A stretch of 64,000 nucleotides of DNA from positions 53,039,339 to 53,103,338 of the forward strand of contig NC_090373.1 in NCBI RefSeq assembly GCF_036365525.1, written 5' to 3'. Both the position numbers and the translations under genes were made by a program. A model generated the notes under the pieces. That model had not been told where the DNA came from, did no database searches, and saw only the letters and a program-made list of their open reading frames with translations. Origin of the DNA: Heterodontus francisci. Taxonomy: Eukaryota. This document shows, one piece after another, positions 24,009 through 37,760 of this stretch (within the stretch, counting starts at the first letter, position 1; each line of letters opens with the position of its first letter).

Positions 24009-24749
24009 ACAGCTAGGTTATTTTAAAACACAAGTTTAAAGGCTTGTGTTATGTAAACTAATTTTAAAATGGCAAAGTCACTTAGGGAATGTCTCAATTT
24101 CTATGCTCTGGCATGCATTACTCTCACTTGGGACACAAGCTCAGTGACATGTTGAAAGTTGCTGGACTTTTACTTCTATATAAATGCCACAATTCCACTG
24201 CTTTCCATTTGGAATCATCTCATTCGAGAATGTGTATTGAGGGAAAAACAGGCAAGAAAATCCAAGGAATCCCAAGAAGTCAGCACTGTAAGTTCCACAT
24301 GAATACAGGAGTATGGTGTAATGGGGCTCAGTGATATTGGCAAAAACAGGATGTTACTGACTCATACACAATAGTTAGTAAATACAATGTAAAGGATAGC
24401 TTTAATAAACCTTAATATATGATGAAATGTACACGATTCCTAAAGAAAATCCATGCTGCATTTGCAGTTTTAAAAACTGTCGGGAAGATATAGGAAAAAT
24501 TAATTAAGTTTCAATGACCATGTTAGAAACAGTCATCAACTGATTTTATTTTTGCTGCGAAGTGGATTAAAGGACAGGTTTTACAAGTATGTCAAAGATC
24601 TGTAACTGCAATGTGCATCATTTAAAATCGAGTTTGAGGCAGATAACCTGAGTGGCCAATGTCATTTGAAAGTTGTCTGTATCACATAATTACATGACAT
24701 TAAAAGTGCACCTTTGCTAACAAGTAAGAGATTTGGCTTGGACATAATT

Positions 24750-25410
24750 TTTTTATTCGTTCATGGGATGTGGGCATCGCTGGCTAGGCCAGCATTTATT
24801 GCCCATCCCTAATTGTCCTTGAGAAGGGGGTGATGAGCTGCCTCCTTGAAGCGCTGCAGTCCTTTGGGTATAGGTACACCCACAGTTAGGAAAGGAGTTC
24901 CAAGATTTTGACCCAGCGACAGCGAAGGAATGGCAATATAGTTCCAAGTCAGGATGGTGTACGGTTTGAACTTGCAGGTGGTGGTGTTCCCTTGCATTAG
25001 CTGCCCTTGTCCTTCTAGATGGAGAGGTCGTGGGTTTGGAAGGTGCTGTTGAAGGAGGCTTAGTGAGTTGCTGCAGTTCATCTTGTAGATGGTACACACT
25101 GCTGCCACTGTGTGTGGTGGTGAAGGGAGTGAATGTTGAAGGTGGGGGATGGGGTGCCAATCAAGCGGGCTGTTTTGTCCTAGATGGCGTCGAGCTTCTT
25201 GAGTGTTGTTGGAGCTGCAGCCATCCACGCAAGTGGAGAGTATTCCATCACACTCCTAACTTGTGCCTTGGAGTTGGTGGACAGGCATTGGGGAGTCAGA
25301 AGGTGAGTTATTCACTGCAGAATTCCCAGCCTCTGATCTGCTCTTGTAGCCACAGTATTTATGTGACTGGTCTAGTTCAGTTTCTGGTCAATGGTAATCC
25401 CCAGATGTTG
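24750..25410 (-). mobile_element. CR1-group LINE 3' end (second family)
   Basis: Inverted homolog of 30160-30810 (HTVAAVCTIYKM; tail gggcaataaatgctggcc). Confidence 0.85.
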
Positions 25411-26671
25411 ATATTTGGTTAGTCTGGAGTACAATTTTACAGATAGTGATTAAACATTTTGTAACTGAATAATACATGCAGTAACAAGCACTCAAAGTTT
25501 TGCAGGAAAGCTTTTTGTTAATAATTATCTTGTCAGAGCTGAATTGGAATTGACATTGATAGACTGAGATATAGACATGTGAATTTAAGGGAATTGCTTT
25601 ATTGGAGGAACTGAAGGGAGCTCTTAATTTGTAATTGTATTTATCTAATTTTGTCATGAGCTTTGGTGAGCAAATGACATTTTGTCCATGAGAGATTCTG
25701 TTGTTTCTGTATTTTAGAATCTAGGACCTAGTTTAACAGCCTGTCAAGATGAATAAACTTGTCTTGGCTACCTACTGTTAATCTCTCTGTCTCTTTCTGT
25801 CCAACTCTGCTTGTCTGTTTTCCACAACTCTTCTGAAGTACTATCAGCTCCCTTCTATAAAATTCTCCTGATTTGGAGATCACTGCCTTTTTGTTGACTG
25901 CCCTGACTTCAGACACATATTACAAACAGGTAAAGAAGTTGCACAAAGATTGACCATCATGGGTTAAATTGTCTTGTGACAATAGCAGTGTGAGAAATGG
26001 TCTGTCTTCCTATTGCTGATTTTTCTATTGCCTCACCTCAATGACCGCAATAACAATCCTCTCCTTGAGTTTCATGGCTTATTGGATGAATTTTCACCTC
26101 TGACAGTGTGAATCCACAGAGGTCATCCAATAAGGTCCATCTACCACCCCGTGACATGGTGTAGCTAGCTCTATTCTGTTAACAAAAGTAATTCGTATTG
26201 GCATTGCATACTGTTTTGCTTGCTAACGAGCTAATACACTTGTGCTGCTCTCCATTGATGTTTGTATGCTTAGCTTTATAGGGAGAAATATGTTTTAAAT
26301 TGGATTGTGTTTTGATGGCTTTAAATTGGCTAGGCACTTTATATACAGATTAATTGCTTCCATGTCCGTGGCCGAGTCAATACATTTGATAAATGTCCGT
26401 GGTGCAACATGTCGGTGTATATCCCTGATCACAGGCCCATGCATTGGACACAATCAGCTCCAACTTATTCTCAGTCACACACCATCACAACTTGAACATT
26501 TATCACCAATCCTTCATTGTAGCTGGGTCAATATCCTGGAATTCTCTACCTAAGGCCATTATGGGAGCACCCTCACTGTAATGTTCTGCTTACTGTTAAA
26601 CAAGTACAGAATATCTGAAGAGTCGGATGGGTTAAAAGGAATGGGAGCTTTATTAAGCTCATCTTACTGCT

Positions 26672-26930
26672 AATTAGGAGCAGGAGTAGGCGACTCGGCC
26701 CCTTGAGCCTGCTCCGCCATTCAATAACATCATGGCCGATCCAATTGTAACCTTGACTCCACATTCCCGCCTACTCCCAATAATCTTTCACCCCCTTGCT
26801 TATCAAGATCTATCTACCTCTGTCTTAAAAATATTCAACGACTCTGTTTCCACCAACTTTGAGGAAGAGAGTTCCAAAGATTCACGACCCTCAGAGAAAA
26901 AATTTCTCCTCATCTCTGTCTTAAATGGGC
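26672..26930 (-). mobile_element. CR1 3' tail inserted in the Gypsy 3' LTR
   Basis: ggagcaggagtaggc...cttaaatgggcga block is absent from the other LTR. Confidence 0.85.
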
Positions 26931-28386
26931 GATGTCTTCCAAGCCTGCACACGAGGGTTCCACACAGGTGGTGTTACATCACTTCCTATGTTGAGGTATA
27001 CAGCATGACTAACATAATTTACCCAATGTCTAGTATGCCACATTATGCTGCTTCTCCCCGCAAGTATCTAACTTCCTTTTTTTTCATAGACAATTGCGGT
27101 GGCACTTTCACAAGTCTACTGTAATGATTCCTCTTTTCCTTTGGAGGGGATTGAGGTTTTGAGTCCTCTGAGTAATCTCTCTGACTCTGCTGTACAAGAG
27201 TGGAATTGATAGATGACTCAGGTTCATTATTTGCGTTGTCTTCTGGATTGGTGGATGAATGCAGCATCTCTGGTCCATTAGATTTTGGAGATAACTAATT
27301 TCCTTGGATAGGAGGCTGCTTCTGTCTGGTCACCACTGTATCTCTATTTCGTCTCATTATACCATGTTCTGTCAGGATAATGTAGGACCTTGGATGTGGT
27401 GTCTGCTCTACCACTTCTCCATACCGATTTTGGTCTTGGATCCAAACTGGCTCTCCTGGTTGGATTTCTGGTAGGTTTCATGCTTTGTGACGTCTGTCAT
27501 GATTCCATCTCTGATTGGAACGATCTCTATCCTCTCTGTCCCTCACTTTTTCCAAGTCGTCAGCTCTTACTTGTGGCATAAGTGTGTGTGTGAGAGTAGG
27601 TAGTTGAGCTTTCAGTCTTCTTCCCATTAGGAGTTCACATGGCACTAACCCATTTTGTAGTGGGGTTGAATGATAGCTCAAACATAGTTTGAACATCCTT
27701 GTTCCTTTTTAGTAATGCTTTTACTGTACACAGTCCTCTTTCAACTTCACTGTTGGCTTGAGGGTATCCTGGTGAGCTAGTGGTATGAAAGAATCCATAT
27801 GATACTGTGAACTCTTTTGAAGTATACATTGGCAAACGGTGGTCCATTGTCTGAAATTACAAGGTCTGGAATTCCGTGTGTTGTGAACATCTCTTTCAAC
27901 ACTGCTTCAGAAGTTTGAGCCTGCAGTTGCTTGACTTCAATCCATCTTGAGTGATAATCTACTGCAATCAAGAATATTTTAACTCTGTACTCAAAAAGAT
28001 CCATCCCAGGACACTCCCATTGACTTGATGGAAAGGAAGATGACACCAATGGTTCCTTTGTCTCCTGGCGATGAATACCACATCCTCTTTTCCAGTACTT
28101 TTGAAAGATCTGGCTACCAAACAGAATTTCTTGCTGTGGCTCGACATTTTGTCATGCCCAAATGTCCTTAGCACAATCTCTGTAGTATGTCTAGTCTCAG
28201 AACTGTCGGAATGACCAATCTCTTGTTATAAATGAGGAAATCATCAACAACACTGAGATGTTCTCGCTGTTCATAGTACTGACTGAGAATAGGATTGTGT
28301 GGCATATATGCCAGCCATCCTTTGAAGCAGTACTCTCTGACTTGAGCACATGCTTCATCAGATTTCTGTGCAACCCTGATTTCACT

Positions 28387-29348
28387 GGGCTGAATTTTAT
28401 GAGGCCTCCACCATCGGGGGTTGTGGCGGAGGGGGGCCCAGAAAATTCTTCTGGGAGAGGCACGCCACAGCCCCCGATCCGAGAAGGCCTCGCCACATTT
28501 TACCGGTGGCAGGAGGCCTCAATGTGGCCCCCCCACCACTTGCAAATAATGTAAATATACATACCTAGACCGGGCGGCCATCTCACGCTGATATTCTGGC
28601 CTGTGGCCGGAAGTCCCATACCTTCCAATCCCCGTTTGGGGATTCAAAGCAAGACACTGGTGGGGAGGCGGGGGGGGGAGAAGTTTAATTTTCAGGTTGG
28701 GAGGGGGATGAATGGAGAAAACTTACTCCAATGGCTGGGGGGATAGAACAAAGAACAAAGAAAATTACAGCACAGGAACAGGCCCTTCGGCCCTCCAAGC
28801 CTGCGCCGATCCAGATCCTCTATCTAAACATGATGCCTATTTTCTAAGGGTCTGTATCTCTTTACTTCCTGCCCATTCATGTATCTGTCTAGATACATCT
28901 TCAAAGACGCTATCGTGCCCGCGTCTACCACCTCCGCTGGCAATGCGTTCCAGGCACCCACCACCCTCTGCGTAAAGAACTTTCCACGCATATCCCCCCT
29001 AAACTTTTCCCCTTTCACTTCGAAAGGGGATGGTGGGAAGGAGTTGAAGGGCGAAGGTAATGAAGTTCGGGGTTGGGAAAGTTCAGGTTGGGAATTAAGT
29101 TCACTTTGCATGGGATAGGCCCGAAAACAAACATTGGCGCTGGTGCCTGTGCAGTGGCACCAGACGCCATTGCCTGGGATGGAGCGGCCGCGCCCCTCTA
29201 CGTCATTGGAGGCGGGCATTCCGCCCTCTCCATTTAAATGAGCCCCCACGATATTTCACGCGGGGGCTCAGCAATGGCGCATCTGTGCCTGAAGACCGCT
29301 GATAGAGTGCGCCGCCACGATTTGCGGCGCACTCATAAATTTTAGCCC
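28387..29348. mobile_element. Harbinger-like MITE containing a CR1 tail (28745-29018)
   Basis: TIRs gggctgaattttatgag / ctcataaattttagccc; 3-bp flanks act/aat; the Gypsy pol frame resumes across it. Confidence 0.82.
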
Positions 29349-29423
29349 AATTAGTCTATGAGTTGTCGCTTGATAGAGTTGTTGTTGTAGATGCAAAGGT
29401 TTCTATCTCTTCAATAAGGGATA

Positions 29424-30816
29424 AAGCAGGACAAGTCCAACCCGGCCAATTACCGACCCATCAGCGGTTAATTTTCAATCATCAGTAAAGTGATGGAAGG
29501 TGTCATCAACAGTGCCATCAAGCAGCACTTGCTTAGCAATAATCTGCTCAGTGACGCTCAGTTTGGGTTCCGCCAGGGCCACTCAGCTCCTGACCTCATT
29601 ACAGCCTTGGTTCAAATATGGACAAAAGAGCTGAACTCAAGAGATGATGTGAGAGTGACTGCCCTTGACATCAAGACAGCATTTGACCAAGTATGGCATC
29701 CAGGAGCCCTAGCAAAACTGGAGTCAATGGGAATCAGGGGGAAAACTCTCCGCTGGTTAGAGTCATACCTAACAGAAGGGAAGATGGTTGTGGTTGTTGG
29801 AGGTCAATCATCTCAGCTCCAGGACATCACTGCAGGAATTCCTCAGGGTAGTGTTCCAGGCCCAACCATCTTCAGCTGCTTCATCAATGACCTTCCTTCA
29901 ATCATAAGGTCAGAAGTGGGGATGCTCGCTGATGATTGTGCAATGTTCAGCACCATTCACGACTCCTCAGATCCTGAAGTCGTCCGTGTAGAAATGTAGC
30001 AAGACCTGGACAATATTCAGGCTTGGGCTGATAAGTGGCAAGTAACATTTGCACCACACATGTGCCAGGCAATGACCATCTCCAACAAGAGAGAATCTAA
30101 CCATCTCCCCTTGACATTCAATGGCATCACCATCGCTGAATCCTCCACTATCAACATCTAGGGGCTACCATTGACCAGAAACTGAACTGGAGTAGCCATA
30201 TAAATACCGTGGCTACAAGAGCAGGTCAGAGGCTAGGAATCCTGCAGTGAGTAACTCACCTCTTGACTCCCCAAAGCCTGTCCACCATCTGCAAGGCACA
30301 AGTCAGGAGTGTGATGGAATACTGTCTACTTGCCTAGATGGGTGCAGCTCCAACAACACTCAAGAAGCTCAACACCATCCAGGACAAAGCAGCCCGCTTG
30401 ATTGGCACCCCATCTACAAACATTCACTCCCTCCACCATTGATGCACAGTGGCAGCAGTGTGTACCATCTACAAGATGCACTGCAGCAATGCACCAAGGC
30501 TCCTTAGACAGCAAACCTGCGACCTCTACTAACTAGAAGGACAAGGACAGCAAATGCATGGGAACACCACCACCTGCAAGTTCCCTCCAATTCACACACC
30601 ATCCTCACTTGGAACTATATCGCCGTTCCTTCACTGTCACTGGGTCAAAATCCTGGAACTCCCTTCCTAACAGCACTATGGGTGTACCTACCACACATGG
30701 ACTGCAGCGGTTCAAAAAGACAGCTCACCACCACCTTCTCAAGGGCAATTAGGGATGGGCAATAAATGCTGGCCTGGCCAGCATCGCCCACATCCCATGC
30801 ATTAATAAAAAAAAAA
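29424..30816 (+). mobile_element. CR1-group LINE, RT to 3' end
   Basis: ORF 29490-29999 QFGFRQGHS..ALDIKTAFDQVWH..GIPQGSVPGP..LADD; ends in an A-rich tail. Confidence 0.9.
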
Positions 30817-31711
30817 GTCACCTTGTTCAGGTCTTGCCACTGGGATACGAGACAGCGCATCTGCTGTGATCTGCTGCTTTCCTGGAACATACTCTGTCTT
30901 TACACCAAACATCATCATCCTCAGTCTGAAGTTTTGTACTCGTGGAGGCAACTTTGCTCACTCCTTTGTAGTTAAGAGAGTTACCAATGGTTTGTGGTCT
31001 GTCTCTATCTTGAAATTAAGACGACAACGTAGTGTGAAACTTTTCACTGCCCATGTAGCTGCTGATGCTTCTTTCTCTATCACTGTATGTCTCTGTTCAG
31101 TCTCTGTCAGTGAACGGGATGGGTAATAAACTGGTCTGCACTTCACATCTGTCTGTATCTAAAACATTACAGCTCCCAGTCCTGCAGTATGTCAGGATGA
31201 TAGTGAGCTAACATATCAGGTGATATCAGTATTTCTTTTATTTTCTCGAAAGATCTCTGTTGTGCTTCCTCCCAGCACCATATATTGTCCTGTCTTAACA
31301 ATTGATATAGTGACTTATTGACTTCAGCCAGGCTGGGCAAAAACTTTCCCAATTGATTCACCATTCCCATAAATCTCTGTAGCTCGGTCACATTCCTTGG
31401 AGTTGGAAACTCCTTGTTTGCTCTTGTCTTCTATGGATTAACTCTTACACCAGATCTATCCACCATATATCCAAGGAATTTGACAATCAGCTCCGAGAAC
31501 TCTCATTTGTTATTGAGTGTGAGTCCTGCTTTCTCTAATTGTTGTAGTACTGCTCTCACTCTAGTGTCATGTTCTGTCTGAGTGGATCCATGGATCAGGA
31601 CATCATCCATCTGACATTTTATGACTCCATCTAGTCCTTCTAGAATGCTTGACAATGTCCTTTGGAAAATTTCAGGTGCTGACATGATACCAAAGTGTAG
31701 TTTGTTAAAAC

Positions 31712-34700
31712 TTACCTTCCGGGAGATCAGTGGAGAGGAGCGGACCTGGGGAAGAACACGGAGCGGGGAGCTGATAAATACAGCCCGAGGATCGCGGCCT
31801 ACAATACTTCATTTCTGGGAGAGCAGAGGACCTGTGGGAAGAACACGGAGTGGGGAGCCGATAAATACTGCCCAAGATTCACGGCCTACAGCACTTACCT
31901 TCCAGGAGAGCAGCGGAGAGGAGTCCAGGCCTGCTGGAGTTTGAAAAAGCAAGTGAACAGTGACATTACAGGAAAACTGTAAGGTGATTGGTTGGTGAGT
32001 AACTGCTGTTAGGCAGTATCAGTAAATCGTTGGGTTAGTGCACTACTGTTATGGTGCGTGGGTAAATAGCTGGGTTATAGTATCTCAACAACTGGCAGAC
32101 TAAAATAAAGAGTAAAAATGAAGTATTAATAATAAGGAACAAGTGAGTAGCAGGTGAGTTTTTTGAGTAAGGTTTATTTTAACTAGTGAACTGTATTGAT
32201 TATTAGTAGGATTTATCAGTACTAGTAAGGTTTTATAAATAATTCTAAGGTATTGTAATATTGGCAAGGTTTTTTTAGCAGTAGCAAAGGGTCAACTAAT
32301 AAAGAAAGGAATAGCAGGGGTGCTTCAACCTCGAGAGTGCATCTCCTGTGCTATGTGGGAGCTCCAGGATGCTCCCCGTATCCTGGAGAACCATTTGTCC
32401 AGGAAGTGTTGTCAAAGCGGCAGCTTGAGCTCCAGGTTTTGGAACTTGAGCAGCAGCTGGCAACACTGCAGTGCATTCATGAGGATGATAGCTACGTGGA
32501 TAGCATGTTCACAGATGTGGTCACCCTATAGCTTAAGAATATGCAGGGAACGAGGGAATAGGTGACCGCCAGGCAGTCAAAAAGAATCAGGCAGGTAGTT
32601 CAGGAGACCCCTGAGTGCATCTCACTTGCCAACAGGTATTCAGTTCTGGGGGGTGCAGCAAGAGCCAAGTCCATGGCACCACGGGTGGCTTAGCTGCACA
32701 GTGGGGTACAGAGAAGACTGGAAGAGCCATAGTGATAGGTGATTCAATAGTCAGGAGAACAGACAGGTGTTTCTGTGGCCACAGACGTAAATCCAGGATG
32801 GTGTGTTGCCTCCCTGATGCCAGGGCCAAGGATGTCAGAGTGGCTGCAGAAGATCCTGAAGGGGGAAGGTGAACAGCCAGCAGTCGTGGTCCAGATCGGA
32901 ATCAATGACATAGGTAGAAAGAGGAATGAGGTCCTGCAGTCAAAATTTACGGAGCTAGGTAAGAAATTAGCAAGCAGGAGCTCAAAAGTAGTCATCTCTG
33001 GATTACTCCCAGTGCCACATGCAAGTGAGTACAGGAATAGAAGGATAAGCCAGATGAATGCATGGCTGGAAAGATGGTACAGGACGGAGGGCTTTAGATT
33101 CTTGGGACATTGGGATTGGCTCTGGGAGAGATGGGACCTGTACAAGCTGGATGGATTGCACCTGAACAGAGTTCCTTGCGGGACGTTTTGCTAGTGCTGT
33201 TGGCGAAGGTTTAAACTAGTTTGGCAGGGGGAGGGGGACCTGAGGGTAAACTCTGGTCAAAATCAGAAATGAAAATGGAAGGCAGAAAATTAATGGATGA
33301 GTCTGGAATACAGAGGAAACGAGGGTTAGAAAATTTTAAAAAAAGTGTTTGGCAGCGCTCAAGGGGTTCTATTTCAATGCAAGGGGTATAGCAAATAAAG
33401 CAGATGAGCTGAGGGTACAGATAGACATGTGGCAGTGTGATATCATATCTATTACAGAAACATGGCTTAAGGAGGGACAGGAATGGCAGCTCCATGTTCC
33501 TATTTACAGGGTTTTCAGACATGATAGGGAGGGGAATAAGAAAGGAGTGGGATTGGCAATTTTGGTCAAGGAAACTATTACAGCTGTGAGGAAGGATGAT
33601 ATGTTGGGAGGTAATCTATGTGTAGGGGTGGAAGATGTTGGTATGGCTCTTAATGAATACTTTGCATCTGTCTTTACAGAAGAGGGGGAACGATGCAGAT
33701 ATTGTAGTTAAGGAGGAGGAGTGTGAAGTATTGGCTGTGATAAACATAGGGAGAGAAGTATTAATGGGATTAGCATCCTTGAAAGTTGAGAAATCACCAG
33801 GGCTGGACAAAATGTATCCTAGGCTGTTAAAAGAATCAAGAGAGGAAATAGCAGAAGGTCTGACCATCATTTTCCAGTCCTCACTGGTTACAGGAGTGGT
33901 GCCGGAGGATTGGAGAACTGCTAAACGTTGCACCTGTGTTTAAAAAGGGAGTGAGGGATAGACTGAATAATTACAGCCAGTCAGTCTAACCTCAATAGTG
34001 GGAAAATTATTGGAATCTATTCTGAGACACAGGATAAACTGTCACTTAGGCACAGGTTAATCAAGGATAGTCAGCATGATTTGTTAAGGGAAGATCTTGT
34101 TTGACCAACTTGATCGAATTTTTTGAAGAAGTAACAAGGAAGATAGATGAGGGTAGTGCGATTAATGTGGTCTACATGGATTTTAGAAAGGCTTTTGACG
34201 AGGTTCCATATGGCAGACTGGTTAAAAAAAAAATCCCATGGGATCCAGAGAAATGCGGCAAGGTGGATACAAAATCGACTCAGCGGCAGAAAACAAAGAG
34301 TAATTGTTGACGGCTGTTTTTGCGGCTGGAGGGCTGTTTCCAGTGGTGTTCTGCAGAGCTCCATACTGGGTTCCCTGCTTTTTGTGGTATATATTAACGA
34401 TTTGGATGTAAATGTGGGGGGCATGATCAAGAAGTTTGCAGACAACACAAAGATTGGCTGTGTGGTAGATAGCGAGGAGGATAGCTGTAGGCTGCAGGAA
34501 GATATTGATGGTCTGGTCAGAAGGGCAGAAAAGTGGCAAATGGAATTCAACCCGAAGAAGTGTGAGGGGATACATTGTCAAACAAGGCAAAGCAATACAC
34601 GATTAATGGGAAAATACTGAGAAGTGTAGAGGAAGTGAGGGACTTTAGAGTATATGTCCGCAGATCCCTGAAGTTAGCAGCACAAGTCGATAAAGTGATT

Positions 34701-35344
34701 AAGAAGGCATATGGAATCCTTTCCTTTATTAGCCAAGGCATAGAATATAAGAGCAGGGAGGTTATGCTGGAACTGTATAACTCATTGGTTAGGCCACAAC
34801 TTGAGTACTGTGTGCAGTTCTGGTCACCTCATTACAGAAAGAATGTAATTGCACTAGAGAGGGTACAGAGGAGATTTACGAGGATGTTGCCAGGACTGGA
34901 AAAATGCAGCTATGAGGAAAGATTGGATAGGCTGGGGTTGTTCTCCTTGAAACAGAGAAGGCTGAGGGGAGATCTGATTGAAATAGGAGGGGCCTGGATA
35001 CAGTGGATGTGAAGGGCCTATTCACCTTAGCAGAGTGGTCAGTGACGAAGGGGCATAGATTTAAAGTGATTGGTAGAAAAATTAGAGGGGAGATGAGGGA
35101 AAACCTTTGCACCCAGTGTGTGGTGCGGGTCTAGAACTCACTGCCTGAATGGGTAGTTGAGGGAGAAACCCTCAACTCATTCAAAAAGAGTCTGGATATG
35201 ACCTCAAGTGCCGTAATCAGCAGGGCTACGGACCAAATGCTGGAAGGTAGGATTAGAATAGGTGGATTGTTTCTCAGCCAGCACAGGCACGATGGGCCAA
35301 ATGGCCTCTTTCTGTGCCTTAAACTTGCTATGATTCTTTCTATG
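31712..35344 (+). mobile_element. Near full-length CR1 (5' UTR, ORF1 esterase, internally deleted ORF2)
   Basis: ORF1 Cys-rich N-terminus and IVIGDSIVR..DGLHLN (SGNH esterase); endonuclease start FNARGIANK; RT motifs. AAAAC duplicated at 31707-31711 and 35345-35349; Gypsy RT FGRFCF|NKLHFG rejoins across it. Confidence 0.93.
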
Positions 35345-35869
35345 AAAACAAAACCTTCCAAATGGGTGTGAGCAACTTGGACTCTTCATCTAGGGGTAGT
35401 TGCCAAAAACTACTATTTGCACCCAAATGTGAAGATTGAACTCTTCCCCAATTTAGCCAAGTTCTCTTCTACAGACGACATTGGATGGACTTCATATTCA
35501 ACTGCTTTGTTTAGCTGAGTAAGATCAACACAGACTCTAATAGATCCATTTGGTTTTTGTACTGGGACCATAGCTGAAGACTAGCTTGTTGGCTCTGTCA
35601 CAGGTGAAATAACTCCTTGCTTCACCATGGAGTTGATTTCTTTCTTTACCTTTGGCAAGAATGGGTGAGGAACTTTCCTGGGTGTAAACAGGGACACTAG
35701 CTTCGTTTCTAGCTGTCGGGTTATATGATATGCTGTCTTCAGCTACCCTAGAGCTGTGAACAGCTTTGGAAATTCAGCTCTAAATTTTCTGGGCTGATCT
35801 TCTCTGCTGTCTGGTTCTTCCACTCTGCAAGTCAAGTAAATGTCAGTGCAAGCTTTCCTGCTCAAGAGT

Positions 35870-36302
35870 AGGGTGGGGGGGGGGGGGGGGGTCTCCACCC
35901 TGGGAAATTTGTGGCCCAGAGAGGCCGCCCACTGGGAAGAACTTTACCCCCCAGGACACCCCTGCCCCTGGATTTCATTACCACCCCCTCACCCCCACCT
36001 CGCCTGGGCCTTCCGGAATGGCCCTGGTGATCCCGTCTCACCTACCTCTTGTCCAAGGTTTCAGCACTGGGCCTGGGTCTGAAGCCTCTGCAGTACCGGC
36101 ACTGGCCACTGTACATGGTGGCGCTGCCGATACTGCTAAGCTGCCAGCCCTCTGATTGGCTGGCAGCTCATGGAGGCGGGATCCTTGTCTTTAATTGAAA
36201 AACACTGGGGGATCGCTCCAGAGGGGCTGCGAAAATGCAGAGACGGGGTTCCTCCAGCCTTTTCGGCTCTGGGAGCCCTGCCTCCCACACAAATCCCAGC
36301 CC
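35870..36302. mobile_element. Harbinger-like MITE half copy
   Basis: Homologous to 15020-15410; ends cacaaatcccagccc. Confidence 0.7.
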
Positions 36303-36466
36303 AATATTTCTTTTTCCTGATATTTGAGGGTTGTCTTCAGTTCCCCTATGATTTTAAGTTCTATTCCTCCTGCCCATATAATTTCTTGCTTGATGGTTGA
36401 AGGATGTTCTTCTCTAACCATGGTTCGGCATTGGAAAGAACCGAAACTGCTGCTCCAGTATCCAAT

Positions 36467-36796
36467 TTATTTAGAGATACAGCACTGAAACAGGCCCTTC
36501 GGCCCACCAAGTCTGTGCCGACCAACAACCACCCATTTATACTAATCCGACATTAACCCCATCTTCTCTACCATATCCCCATCATTTTCCTACCACCTAC
36601 CTACACTAGGGGCAATTTACAATGACCAATTTACCTATCAACCTGCAAGTTTTTGGCTGTGGGAGGAAACCGGAGCACCCGGCAGAAACCCATGCAGACA
36701 CAGGGAGAATTTGCAAACTCCGCACAGGCAGTACCCAGAACTGAACCCGGGTCGCTGGAGCTGTGAGGCTGCAGTGCTAACCACTGCGCCACTGTG
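36467..36796 (-). mobile_element. tRNA-derived V-SINE (HE1-like)
   Basis: Close match to 6350-6668; inserted beside the Gypsy protease active-site codons. Confidence 0.88.
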
Positions 36797-37747
36797 AGTC
36801 TTACTTCCTCTACAAGAATTTCTGCACTCCAGCAACTTCCACTTGGTTCCTGGATCTCTCCCAGAAAAGGTATTTCAACATTGTGAATATTTTCTACTTA
36901 GTGGATTTTTCCACTTTCTGAAGGTTTCCCTATCTGTATGTTCAGTACTGGCTTTTTGCGAGGGCACACCGCTAGGAAGTGGCCCCTCTTCCCGCATGAA
37001 TGACATTTGGACTTTTTGTCGGAACAGTTTTCCCGACCGTGTCTTTCTTAGCCACACCTACTGCAGTTAACCTGGGCTGCTGCTAGATGCTCCTCCGGTT
37101 TCCCTTACTTTTTGCCACCATTTTTCCCTTTCTTATGCCTAACAAAGTCAACTGAGTCAGCTGCCCACTGACTGGACTCTCCCTGTCACCTCAGACCACA
37201 GATTGCATCTGTTTCCTGACCTCCGCTTGTCTGCTCACTAGGATTATCTTTGCTAGGGTTAGATCATCTCTTGACTGCAAGTGATCAGACAAGGCATCAT
37301 CAAGCACTCCAGCAACAATTCTATCACTGATCAGTTCATCCTTGAAGCCGCCGTACTCAGTCTTCTGCAAGTTTTTATAAGTCGTTTATAAATGTATCAA
37401 CACTTTTCCCTTGCCACTGGGGACGTGTGTCAGATTTGGCAAGCTCCATGATATTTTTTCTCAAATTAAAATATGCATTGAGTGCTTTGATAACATAATC
37501 ATACGTGGCTTTCTCCTCGCTGATACTCTGTATTATGAGAATATCATCCGCATAGTCACCCATCGCATATAACAGTGTACTGACCAGCTCACTGCTTGGC
37601 TTCATGGCTAAACCCATCGCGGTGTGATACCTGGCATATCTTCAATCCACTTCGGCCGTGCCTCGACTTGATTCAGGCTCACAACTTTTTTTGAAGCTTT
37701 CCATTAAAGGTAGGGACTTTTCCTCATTCTGCTCTGCCGTTGTCACT

Positions 37748-37760
37748 ACCGCTGCCACCA
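37748..37760 (-). other. Primer binding site, tRNA-Leu
   Basis: Minus strand TGGTGGCAGCGGT adjacent to the 5' LTR, complementary to the ACCGCTGCCACCA 3' end of tRNA-Leu(AAG/TAG). Confidence 0.85.

Noticed and set aside
32615-33194. Cellular SGNH/GDSL esterase gene (also 50712-51411)
   Set aside because: It is CR1 ORF1, directly upstream of endonuclease/RT remnants.
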